A stretch of DNA of 64,000 nt from Gemmatimonadota bacterium. GTDB taxonomy: Bacteria > Latescibacterota > UBA2968 > UBA8231. Made by a program: the position numbers and the translations under genes. The stretch is taken from contig JAYPJE010000024.1 of NCBI GenBank assembly GCA_038128265.1, forward strand, positions 1 to 64,000, in the 5' to 3' direction. Below the pieces are notes generated by a model. That model made no database searches, was not told the DNA's origin, and worked only from the letters and a program-made list of their open reading frames with translations. Shown piece by piece: positions 51,301-58,855 of this stretch (the first letter of the stretch is position 1; each line of letters opens with the position of its first letter).

Positions 51301-51515
51301 GTCTCGACGCCGTATTTACGACCAGACCGGCCGCTGGTATGGACAAAGTCGATGCCAACTTCGCGTGCCACGTCGACAAAGTGGACCCGTCCAACAATCG
51401 GCGCAGCGCCTTCGGGTTCTCGCGCAACCGAGTGCGCCGGATGCTGCTCGGGTGACTCCGTGCCACAGGCAGTCAGCGCTAGCGCCAACGCACTCGCTGC
51501 CACTCGGTTTTTCAT
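48336..51515 (-). CDS. CRTAC1 (FG-GAP/ASPIC-UnbV) + C-terminal TPR array lipoprotein
   Basis: Lipobox LTAC, DxDxDG repeats, SYLSQSDPRLHFGLG..WPGG, then about 12 TPRs. Confidence 0.9.
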   Translation of the reverse strand: MKNRVAASALALALTACGTESPEQHPAHSVAREPEGAAPIVGRVHFVDVAREVGIDFVHTSGRSGRKYGVETIGSGAVFFDFNSDGWMDLYAVNGGDLPGYTSDETPHNALYRNEGGTFSEVSNRQGVADVGYGMGAVAGDYDNDGDSDLFVSNFGRNVLYRNEGSVNDWRFVDATHLIDGDDDSWSTGSAFVDYDLDGDLDLYVANYLDYAFEEANLDAGGGLKRPRRHLAPTEYPGRRDFLYRNDDGRFVDVTEEAGLLSEQCRELGPVFFDADLDGDPDLFQGNDATPNFLYRNDGGHFVEVGLFAGVAYNESGKPEGTMGVDVADYDLDGWPDIVMTNFQWESNTLYRNLGNGLFRDVSVDVQIGASSFDRLAFGINFFDYDSDGDDDLYVANGHIDEDIERFDPQASYAQRDQLYRNEGDGRFSDISDEAGPAFAAAHVGRGSATADYDNDGDVDIFVLNTAEAALLMRNDSAERGHWLGVALRGSASNRDAYGARVEVWSGARRWAREKRSASSYLSQSDPRLHFGLGAQSRVDSVVVYWPGGARQVQQPEAIDQVVQIVESAAEMPAVSQAAGVVEELPAGDADEAMQRFWEQASLVLPEKVRAPVEPPAPLEPLRAALAERPDDVDALVDLSVALLSRRAYGEAGRLLQQAREAGPAAARVHLALGRFYGDTGDLGRAVEALSLAGQLDDSLAEPPYFLANILVRQQHLDEAVMRYEQALARNPLYLQAYFNLAGLHARQTDYGLALDVLQRGIARLPDEVELLFQMGRVYFVQARYEQALSVLDNVLSLQPERAEARELVAQIHLNNRDVERALAALRQGLERSPQSALLQARLGALLLQEGDVEAAAGYLQSALRADPDRDEVYYNLGQALLRGGKAAEGQHMLRYFSLLQREHQNLLDFKTAIVLNPNDADAFYRLGVIYARIERYQAARQAYMAALEIAPDHLDALNNLGNIYLRQRRLLEAIDAYEKVLALAPDYARAHHNLGNAYVLLGDAVRAVAAFEKAVEVDAAYAPPRQMLAQLLLRLGRDKEAQVQQAAYERLRRAQVQP

Positions 51516-51566
51516 CGATGTATACACACGGGTTTGTATGAGGGGACCGTAGCGAAAGTGCCATGT

Positions 51567-51634
51567 ATACTAGCCGGTCCAGCGCCCATCGTCAAGGTGC
51601 GATTCTTGCCACCCTCTATCCCAAGGCGTATCAT
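51567..51634. promoter_or_regulatory. Back-to-back divergent sigma70 promoters
   Basis: Minus: TTGACG (51595-51590)-N17-TAGTAT. Plus: TTGCCA (51606-51611)-N17-TATCAT. Confidence 0.6.
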
Positions 51635-51692
51635 TTACCAGCACTCAACACCAGCTCATACCCCCGAGACTGGCATCTATAGGAGCGTACTT

Positions 51693-53345
51693 TTGCAGCA
51701 CCTAATTGCATACGCATGCGTCGCCGCGCTCGCCATCGGCTGCGCCCAGCAGGAACAGGACCGCGCACCGGCTGGCGTCGTGGCGCGCGTAGGCGAAACG
51801 GAGATTACACGCGAGCGCCTCGACCGCGCCGTGCAGGCGCTATTCAGCGGCGCGCAGGCGCAGACTGCCAACAGAGAGCGCAAGGCGCTGGAGCGCCTAG
51901 TGGACATAGAAATTCTCCTGCTCGGCGCACACCAGCGCAACCTACAAAACGACTTTCAGGTTAAGACCGCCCTGGCGCAAAGGGAACAGGAGCTCATGCT
52001 AGACGAGCTTTACAAGCGCGGCGTGCTCAAGGGCGACGACCACATCAGCAGCGAAGAAGCGCGCGCCTACTTCGACCGCTACCGGATTGGCGAAGAGCGC
52101 CGCGTCAGTCGCGTCCTGGTCAGCAGCCCCATGGAAATCGATCGCGTGTTCCAGCGGACGCATGCTGGCGATTCTTTTGCCTCCATCGCCAGCGATATGT
52201 CAGAAGATGGCGAAACGGCGATGCAGGGCGGCGACATCGGCTGGATGAGCCGCCTATCGTTTAAAAGCCACATACTCCGACGTCAGGTATTTGATGCTGA
52301 AATCGGTGCGCTTATCGGCCCCATACAAGAACCCGACGGTTTCTCCATTATGAAAATTGTCGACCAGCGCCAGGTCCCTTTTGAGAGCGCAGCGGCCGCC
52401 GTTAAGAGCGTTATGATAGAGCAGAAGCGCGCGCTGGCCACCTTTGCTTTTCTCGAAGACCTAGCCGAGCGCGCCCATATACAAGAGCGCGGCGAAACGC
52501 TCAATCTACTGCTCTCGCGCCTGAGCGAAGCCGGCGAAGAGCTGCCCGAGTTCAAGCAGGGCGAGCTGCGCATGCCGCTCTTTATCGTCGACGGTGGCGA
52601 ATGGACGCTCGATAACTTTATGAACGCCATGCTCAGCGAGCGCGACCAAGCGGAAATTCGCACGATTGACGACCTGCGCGACTACGCTCGGCGGCTCTAC
52701 GCATTCAAGGTCTTACTGCCCGAACACGGCAGACAGCAGGGTATTCACGAAATCGACCACATCGCCAAAGAGCTGCGTCGCATAGAACGCGAAAAGCTGC
52801 TCGATCGCATTCGCCAGACGGAAGTCATCGAGCGCATTGATTTCGACGAAGACGACGAACGCGCCTACTACGAGAAAAACGTGGAGCGCTACGTGCGACC
52901 CGAGCGCACTTCCATAATCGAAGTGCTGGTCGACGAACGCGACCAGGCCGAAGCGCTGCGCAGCGAGATGGAGCGAGGCGGCGATCTCGACGAATTGGCG
53001 CGGCGCTACTCCAAGCGCAGCACGCGCATTCGCCGTGCCGGAGGCCGCATGCAGCTGCTGAACCCGGACAAATACGGCAAACTGGGCTGGGAAGCCAAAG
53101 ACGCGCAGGTGGGCGAAGTGGTCGGCCCCATTAAGACCAACAACGGATATTCCGTATTCAAGGTGTTGAAAAAAATACCCGCTCAGGAGATGAGCTTCGA
53201 CCAGGCGAAGGGCCGCGTGCGCTCGCATCTGCGCATGGAGCTCAGCGAATCTATGTTCGACGAATTTGTGACTGAGTTAAAGCGGCAGTACGCCGACCAG
53301 ATTCGCATTTACGAGGAAAACCTGCCGCCGGCATCGCAGTCTTAG
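51693..53345 (+). CDS. Parvulin/SurA-PrsA-like foldase lipoprotein (two parvulin-like domains)
   Basis: AGGAG RBS + TTG, lipobox AIGC, GDSFASIASDMSED..GGDIGW, LDELARRYS..GG, VGPIKTNNGYSVFKV. Confidence 0.85.
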   Translation: MQHLIAYACVAALAIGCAQQEQDRAPAGVVARVGETEITRERLDRAVQALFSGAQAQTANRERKALERLVDIEILLLGAHQRNLQNDFQVKTALAQREQELMLDELYKRGVLKGDDHISSEEARAYFDRYRIGEERRVSRVLVSSPMEIDRVFQRTHAGDSFASIASDMSEDGETAMQGGDIGWMSRLSFKSHILRRQVFDAEIGALIGPIQEPDGFSIMKIVDQRQVPFESAAAAVKSVMIEQKRALATFAFLEDLAERAHIQERGETLNLLLSRLSEAGEELPEFKQGELRMPLFIVDGGEWTLDNFMNAMLSERDQAEIRTIDDLRDYARRLYAFKVLLPEHGRQQGIHEIDHIAKELRRIEREKLLDRIRQTEVIERIDFDEDDERAYYEKNVERYVRPERTSIIEVLVDERDQAEALRSEMERGGDLDELARRYSKRSTRIRRAGGRMQLLNPDKYGKLGWEAKDAQVGEVVGPIKTNNGYSVFKVLKKIPAQEMSFDQAKGRVRSHLRMELSESMFDEFVTELKRQYADQIRIYEENLPPASQS

Positions 53346-53362
53346 ACCATCGGGGACAGTGG

Positions 53363-53404
53363 ATACAGAAAGGGCCCCAGTAGAAACTGGGGCCCTTTCT
53401 GTAT
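53363..53404. terminator. Bidirectional terminator between convergent genes
   Basis: Perfect 19-bp stem ATACAGAAAGGGCCCCAGT / ACTGGGGCCCTTTCTGTAT with 4-nt loop. Confidence 0.88.
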
Positions 53405-53421
53405 GTAGCCTTTGCAGCGAT

Positions 53422-55050
53422 CTAGCGCAGCAGCAGCACGCGCTGCGATCCGCGCCACCCTTCCATATGAGCCGTAATTAGGTACATCCCGCTAGCCGCG
53501 GTGCGACCGGCCGCATCGCGCCCGTCCCACCGCACGCTGTGCAGGCCAGCCGGCAGATCCGACTGCAGCAGGCGGCGTATGCGCTGCCCCAGCACGTTGT
53601 ACACGCTCAGCTCTATCCGACCGCTCTGCGGCAGCTCAAACTGCACGATGGTCTCCGCATTAAAGGGATTGGGATAGCTCCGCATGGAGGCCGTGGTCGC
53701 GCGCGGCGCCAGCAGCGCCCCGTAATCGGCAGCCAGTTCGTCATCGGACTGAACCAATTCGATACCGGCCGGAGTCAGGCCGCTGGGGACGCGCGGCGGA
53801 ATCGGCACCCGAATCGTCTCGTCGGTTAGCGAATGCATAAAAGCCAACAAATCGGCCTTCTCCCCATCGGTCAGACCAAGCGGCACCAATTCGGCATCGA
53901 TGCGCTCGGCGTCAATGCTCTCCTCGTCGCCGCCGCCGCGATCGTAAAACTCGATGACCTCCTCTAGCGTGGCCAGTGCCCCGTCGTGCATATAGGGCGC
54001 CGTCTTGCCCACCTGGCGCAAGCTCACGGTGCGAAAGGCGAAGAGTTCATCTCTGTTGCCCGAAGTCACAAAACGACCTCGGTCGGTGCCCGATGGGCGC
54101 GGCGTGCCTGTATTAGTAGAGGCCAACCCCTGTCCGGGGCCAATCTGCTCTACGCCCTGCACCCGAAAGCGACCTTCGGAAAACTCGGGACCGTTGTGGC
54201 AGTTGGCGCAGCGGCCCTTCTCAAAGAAGACGACCAATCCGCGCTTTTGCGCCTCGGTGAGCGCGTCGTCGTCACCGGCGACAAAGTGGTCGTACGGCGA
54301 GTTATCCGTCACGAGCTCGCGCTCGAAGGCGGCGATGGCGCGCCCCAGCGTCGAGCGCGTAATCACCGACTGCAGCGGCGTCGTATCCCAAGCGCAGGCC
54401 AGGCGCGGAATCTGCCGCGCCACCGAATCGGCCTCGGCCGGAAATGCCCGGTTGAACAATTCGACGTAGTCGGGCACTTGACGCAGGCGCGCCAGCACGC
54501 TGTCGACGGCCATCTCGCGCGGATAGGAATCACCGCGCAGCTCGACGCGCACGATAATGGCGCGCAGCGCCTGCGCTTCCAAGCCGCGATCCTTGCCGTC
54601 CCACAGCATAAAGCCCTTGGTCGAGGGCAGGTTGCTCTCGTCCTTGTTGTAGGCCGTATTGAATATGGTCATTGTATGGCGCGGCTCGGCGATGATCGTA
54701 TCACCGGTAATCGACGATACGCCGAGCACTCGATCGGGTCCCAGGCCCTTGCTGCCCGTTCCGGCACCCAGCTGGCGCCCGTCGGCCATGCCAAAACTCG
54801 GCAGATGGCAGGTCCCGCACCCCGTATCCATCTCGCCACCGAGAATGGGGTCGAAAAACAGCAGACGACCCAATTCAACTCGGTCGGGATTGTACTGGTT
54901 GTCCACTGGATAGGGTATGGGCGGCAGCGGCGTCAGCCCGTAGCGCTGACGCAGGTCGTCCTGTGCCCAAGCACCGATCGCAGCGCACGCCAACAGCAGC
55001 AGCGCTGCAGCGGACGCATTGGTCACGCGAATGAGTAATGCGCTCGCCAT
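53422..55050 (-). CDS. Di-heme cytochrome c peroxidase/MauG-superfamily protein with C-terminal T9SS-A/FlgD-like domain
   Basis: Signal peptide, LGRLLFFDP, CGTCH, WDG, CANCH, TAPYMHDG. Tail YPNPFN..VYNVLGQRIR..WDGRD..SGMYL. Confidence 0.88.
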   Translation of the reverse strand: MASALLIRVTNASAAALLLLACAAIGAWAQDDLRQRYGLTPLPPIPYPVDNQYNPDRVELGRLLFFDPILGGEMDTGCGTCHLPSFGMADGRQLGAGTGSKGLGPDRVLGVSSITGDTIIAEPRHTMTIFNTAYNKDESNLPSTKGFMLWDGKDRGLEAQALRAIIVRVELRGDSYPREMAVDSVLARLRQVPDYVELFNRAFPAEADSVARQIPRLACAWDTTPLQSVITRSTLGRAIAAFERELVTDNSPYDHFVAGDDDALTEAQKRGLVVFFEKGRCANCHNGPEFSEGRFRVQGVEQIGPGQGLASTNTGTPRPSGTDRGRFVTSGNRDELFAFRTVSLRQVGKTAPYMHDGALATLEEVIEFYDRGGGDEESIDAERIDAELVPLGLTDGEKADLLAFMHSLTDETIRVPIPPRVPSGLTPAGIELVQSDDELAADYGALLAPRATTASMRSYPNPFNAETIVQFELPQSGRIELSVYNVLGQRIRRLLQSDLPAGLHSVRWDGRDAAGRTAASGMYLITAHMEGWRGSQRVLLLR

Positions 55051-55958
55051 CACGGGTGCTCCTCCATTTCCTCGGCTGAAAGCGGCTGCGGTCGACGTTT
55101 GACCGAGCCCCAAGACCACGCCTGAACCGCCGTATTCGGGGCCACGCTCATTGCACAGCGAAAGCCGATATCCGGTCCCTTCAAATTGGGATCATCGCGG
55201 GCGCGATAGGTCGGACGGATATGGCTGGCATCGGTAGCGTAGGAACCGCCGTGCACCGCTTTGACGTTGCTCAATTCAAAGCCCTGTGGATTGCGATCTG
55301 GTCCATGCACATAGTAGCTCGAATGATACCAGTCATTGGTCCATTCCCAGACGTTACCCACCATATCGTAGGCGCCAAATGGGCTGGAGTTATCGCGCGT
55401 CTGATATTCGCCGCGCAGGCTCCCGTCATAATAGCCCACCGGCGTCGTATTGAGAATCGTGCCCAGGCCTGCCTCGAAGGGGTCACCGCTTTGAAAGTAG
55501 TTGCTGCGGAAGGAGTCGAGTCCTTCGCCCCAAGGGTATTTGCGCCCGTCGTCGCAGCGCGCGGCCCGCTCCCACTCGGCCTCTGTCGGCAAGCGCTTGC
55601 CCGCCCATTCGCAAAATGCCGCCGCTTCGTACCAGTTAATGAACGTGATGGGATGATTCTGTCGGCCCTTTGTATTCTGCAAATTCCATTCGCCGATCTG
55701 ATAGCCCGTAGCATTCTGGTACTCGCCCCACTGGGCCACTGTCACCTCGTATTTATCAATCAAGTAGGGGTCGGTGTAAATCATGCGCACCGGCTGTTCG
55801 TCGAACTCTTCCCCTTCGGCTCCGCGCGGAAACGATCCGGCCGGCACGAGCACCATTTCCGTGGTAAAGCCCGTTGGAAGACGCACGCTGCGATCCAACT
55901 CGTTGACCTGCGCCCACGCGCTTATACAAGACAACATTAGAATAGCTAAAACGCCCAT
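55050..55958 (-). CDS. Secreted FGE-sulfatase domain protein with TAVxxxSWxxVK tail
   Basis: YEVT, HPITFINW, KRLPTEAEWE, DMVGNVWEW, GFRC, then TAVQAWSWGSVK. Confidence 0.88.
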   Translation of the reverse strand: MGVLAILMLSCISAWAQVNELDRSVRLPTGFTTEMVLVPAGSFPRGAEGEEFDEQPVRMIYTDPYLIDKYEVTVAQWGEYQNATGYQIGEWNLQNTKGRQNHPITFINWYEAAAFCEWAGKRLPTEAEWERAARCDDGRKYPWGEGLDSFRSNYFQSGDPFEAGLGTILNTTPVGYYDGSLRGEYQTRDNSSPFGAYDMVGNVWEWTNDWYHSSYYVHGPDRNPQGFELSNVKAVHGGSYATDASHIRPTYRARDDPNLKGPDIGFRCAMSVAPNTAVQAWSWGSVKRRPQPLSAEEMEEHP

Positions 55959-56029
55959 ATCAGATTTGCACCTTCTTAAACATTGCTGATTGTATGCAGC
56001 AGCAAAACAGCATCACTCTATTTTTTGCA

Positions 56030-56057
56030 AGTATACATAGCGACACCACTGTGTCAA
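56030..56057 (-). promoter_or_regulatory. Putative sigma70 promoter of the FGE/peroxidase operon
   Basis: TTGACA-N16-TATACT on the minus strand. Confidence 0.55.
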
Positions 56058-56150
56058 GTTGCCCGCCAACGAAGGTCAATCGCTGCCCTTTGCGAGAGTG
56101 CAACAGCGCACCCAGTCGCGGGTTTCATCGCCACTCCCGCCTTTCGCATA

Positions 56151-56179
56151 TTGTGAAGTGTGGGTAAAATGAGTAGAAT
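56151..56179 (+). promoter_or_regulatory. Putative sigma70 promoter of the 56236 gene
   Basis: TTGTGA-N17-TAGAAT. Confidence 0.45.
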
Positions 56180-56235
56180 TGTAGCATATTTTGCCAGCGT
56201 TTTTCGGAGTAAAACCAGACGGAGCAGCCCACCTC

Positions 56236-58581
56236 ATGCACTGGATTCGTATAGCTTCGCTCGCACTATGCAGCAGCCTGATTGGCACCGCGCTTGACGC
56301 ACAGCAGGTGCGCTATGATTCGGCCCGCGACTGGCGCCAGTGGGAGCTACCGCTGGGCGCCGTCGATCTGCTACCCGAAGGCACAATTGCTCCCGCTCGC
56401 ATTCGCAAGAGCTCGGATGCAGTCACCGATTTAGGGCGTTTTGACGGCGGCATTCGCAACGCCGGTTCAAACCTGGCCAGCGCGAGAAATATCATCGATG
56501 GCGACCCCTCTACCGGGTGGGCTCCCGATCCAGAGGACGATCCAAGCGAATGGTTTGTCGAGGTAAACCTCGGCCGCGCCGTTTCGGCCAACAGCGTCAC
56601 GCTCGTCTTCGACGCGGAAGCCGACCCCTTTGAGCTATTCGACCTACTGCTGTCTACGGGCGAGCCTGAAACGGACTTTATCGCCGCACCAATTCCCGGC
56701 TCGCTAATCTACCGGGTAAAAGAGCGCTTTAAGGAAAACGATCGCCACCGCGTCGTTTTCGAGATTGAAAGCATCGACGAAACGCCCATACAGTACGTGC
56801 GCTTCGAACCGCTCTTGATCACCCCCGGTGCACGCCTCGTCGAAGTGGAAGTCGAGACAATCGGCGACAATATCAGCCTGGGCCTCATCGAGCGCGGCGG
56901 CACGATCGACATCAACATCAACTTGGCCAATAACGAATCGCAGCCGTTGGGCAACGCCGTTGGGCTCATTGATGGCGACCTCTACGAGCGCTGGCGCGCC
57001 GGCACCGCCTCGCGCGGATTGGACGATATTCTCGCCCATATGATACTCGACTTGGGCGCCGTGTACTGGATAGACCAAGTGCGTATTATCGGCGGCGTGG
57101 TCGTGCGCTCGGGCTTTGGCGGCGGTATCACGACCAACCACTACATTTCCCGGCGGCGCTGGGACTTTCGCTTCTACGAATTCATGACCTCCGACGGGTC
57201 TATTGCCCCCGACGGCTCCCGCATATACACCAAGCACTTTTCCGGAGCCTCGCCCTCCAGCGAAACCTCCAAGGGCCTGGTCGATCACCACTTCGACCTG
57301 CTGCCGACGCGCTACGTGCGCATTTTTTGGAAGTTTTGGGACACGAGTTGCTTCTCGCTCTTTGCCCCCGGCGAAAATACAGCGGCGGGCACCATTCCCG
57401 GCTGCGCGGCCGGCGGCACAACCGACGAGATCCAAATCTTCGGCGAGGGCTATCCCCAGCAGGTCGGTTTTACCTCGCCGCTTATCGACCTTGGATCGGG
57501 GCGCAACCTGAATTCGGTCGAATGGGGCGGCGAGATCCCCCCGGGCACCCGCGCAGAAATCCGCACGCGCACGGGCAACGAAGTCGACGAGAAGTACACG
57601 TTTTACGACAAAAACGGCAAAGAGGTTACCGAATCGCGCTACAACAAGCTGATTCCCTCGTTCCGCGGCGCCATCGATACGAGTATTACCCCGGGCGGCG
57701 ATTGGAGCCCGTGGAGCAATATCTATGGTGTATCGGGCGATCCGTTCCAGTCGCCATCGCCGCGTCGCTATATGGAAATCGACGTGCGCCTAGTATCTAA
57801 CTCACCCGACGTGGCGGCCAACCTCGACTATTTGGCAGTCAATTTCACCCAGCCGCTAGCCCGTCGCGCTATCGGCGAGATCACGCCGCAGGAGGCCCAG
57901 CCGGGCGAAGAGACGCAGTTCACTTACTATCTGCGCCCCGAAAACACGATCGGCTTTGATCGCATAGCCGTCGAGTCTACGTCTCCTGCGCGCTTTGTCG
58001 ACATCGCGCTCAACGGCACGCCGGTCGATGCTGAAGCCGATACGACGGCCTCCGGCTTCATCGTCCATCTGCCCAATCTGATCAGCCGCGACCAGCTATT
58101 GGAACTGCGCTTTACCTCGTCCGTGTTTCTGCAGTCGACGCGCTTCGACGTATTTCTCCAGGACAGCCGCCAGGACGACAGCGTGCGCCAGCGCGTCGAC
58201 CCAGGCGACGCCAGCGAACTCGTCGAGAGCAGCACCAACGTCGTCAGCCTGCCCGTCAGCCGCTCCCTTTTGGCCAATGTGGTAAGCAGCGCGCGCACCA
58301 TTACGCCCAACGGGGATGCCGTAAACGACGAATTGCAGATCGATATCGACCTGGTCAACGTCCTCGAGGAGCGCCCGCTGCGCCTTCGCGTCTACGATTT
58401 GGCGGGCCGCACGCGCTACGAAAGCACGCTGGCCGGGCTGGCTGGCCAGCAAACCCTGCGCTGGGACGGCACCGATCAGGACGGTCGGCGCGTGCCTCCC
58501 GGACTGTATCTGCTCGAAATCAACGTGAGCGGCGATTCAGGCGATGAGAGCGTCCAACAAATTGTTTCCGTGGTGTTTTGA
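56236..58581 (+). CDS. Large secreted protein, discoidin/jelly-roll-like domains + C-terminal TPNGD/FlgD-Ig domain (paralog A)
   Basis: Signal peptide, IDGDPSTGW..VNLG, RTRTG, WSPWS..SPSPRRY, ITPNGDAVND..VYDLAGR..WDGTD..PPGLY. Confidence 0.82.
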   Translation: MHWIRIASLALCSSLIGTALDAQQVRYDSARDWRQWELPLGAVDLLPEGTIAPARIRKSSDAVTDLGRFDGGIRNAGSNLASARNIIDGDPSTGWAPDPEDDPSEWFVEVNLGRAVSANSVTLVFDAEADPFELFDLLLSTGEPETDFIAAPIPGSLIYRVKERFKENDRHRVVFEIESIDETPIQYVRFEPLLITPGARLVEVEVETIGDNISLGLIERGGTIDININLANNESQPLGNAVGLIDGDLYERWRAGTASRGLDDILAHMILDLGAVYWIDQVRIIGGVVVRSGFGGGITTNHYISRRRWDFRFYEFMTSDGSIAPDGSRIYTKHFSGASPSSETSKGLVDHHFDLLPTRYVRIFWKFWDTSCFSLFAPGENTAAGTIPGCAAGGTTDEIQIFGEGYPQQVGFTSPLIDLGSGRNLNSVEWGGEIPPGTRAEIRTRTGNEVDEKYTFYDKNGKEVTESRYNKLIPSFRGAIDTSITPGGDWSPWSNIYGVSGDPFQSPSPRRYMEIDVRLVSNSPDVAANLDYLAVNFTQPLARRAIGEITPQEAQPGEETQFTYYLRPENTIGFDRIAVESTSPARFVDIALNGTPVDAEADTTASGFIVHLPNLISRDQLLELRFTSSVFLQSTRFDVFLQDSRQDDSVRQRVDPGDASELVESSTNVVSLPVSRSLLANVVSSARTITPNGDAVNDELQIDIDLVNVLEERPLRLRVYDLAGRTRYESTLAGLAGQQTLRWDGTDQDGRRVPPGLYLLEINVSGDSGDESVQQIVSVVF

Positions 58582-58668
58582 GCAAGCGCATACAAGACGT
58601 ATTTTTTATCCTTAAGTGACTAATTTTACGTACTTTACTCCTCAATATCGCAGTGGCCAAAAAAAAAC

Positions 58669-58710
58669 TTGACAGTAGCCAACAAAGAGCTTAAAAATAG
58701 ATATCTATTT
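58669..58710 (+). promoter_or_regulatory. Strong sigma70-like promoter with A-tract and palindromic operator
   Basis: A-tract then TTGACA (58669-74)-N17-TAAAAA(T). Perfect 16-bp palindrome AAATAGATATCTATTT at 58695-58710. Confidence 0.6.
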
Positions 58711-58855
58711 GGGCGTAAGATGTGATTCAGAAAAGGCGTTTTGTGTTCGCAACACCTTTTTTGAACAACTTCTTACGTCGAGACAGTACCTGGCGCTATC
58801 GCAGCGACAGGCATCATACGTTCCCTTTTCTCAATGCTTTTGAGGAGGAATTCAA

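Noticed and set aside
30229..51515. Recurrent DNA words such as GCCGTCGTTGTCGTAGTC and GTTGCGATAGAG as a possible CRISPR or repeat array
   Set aside because: Degenerate, irregularly spaced and in frame. They encode FG-GAP DYDNDG/LYRN repeats, and there are no cas genes.
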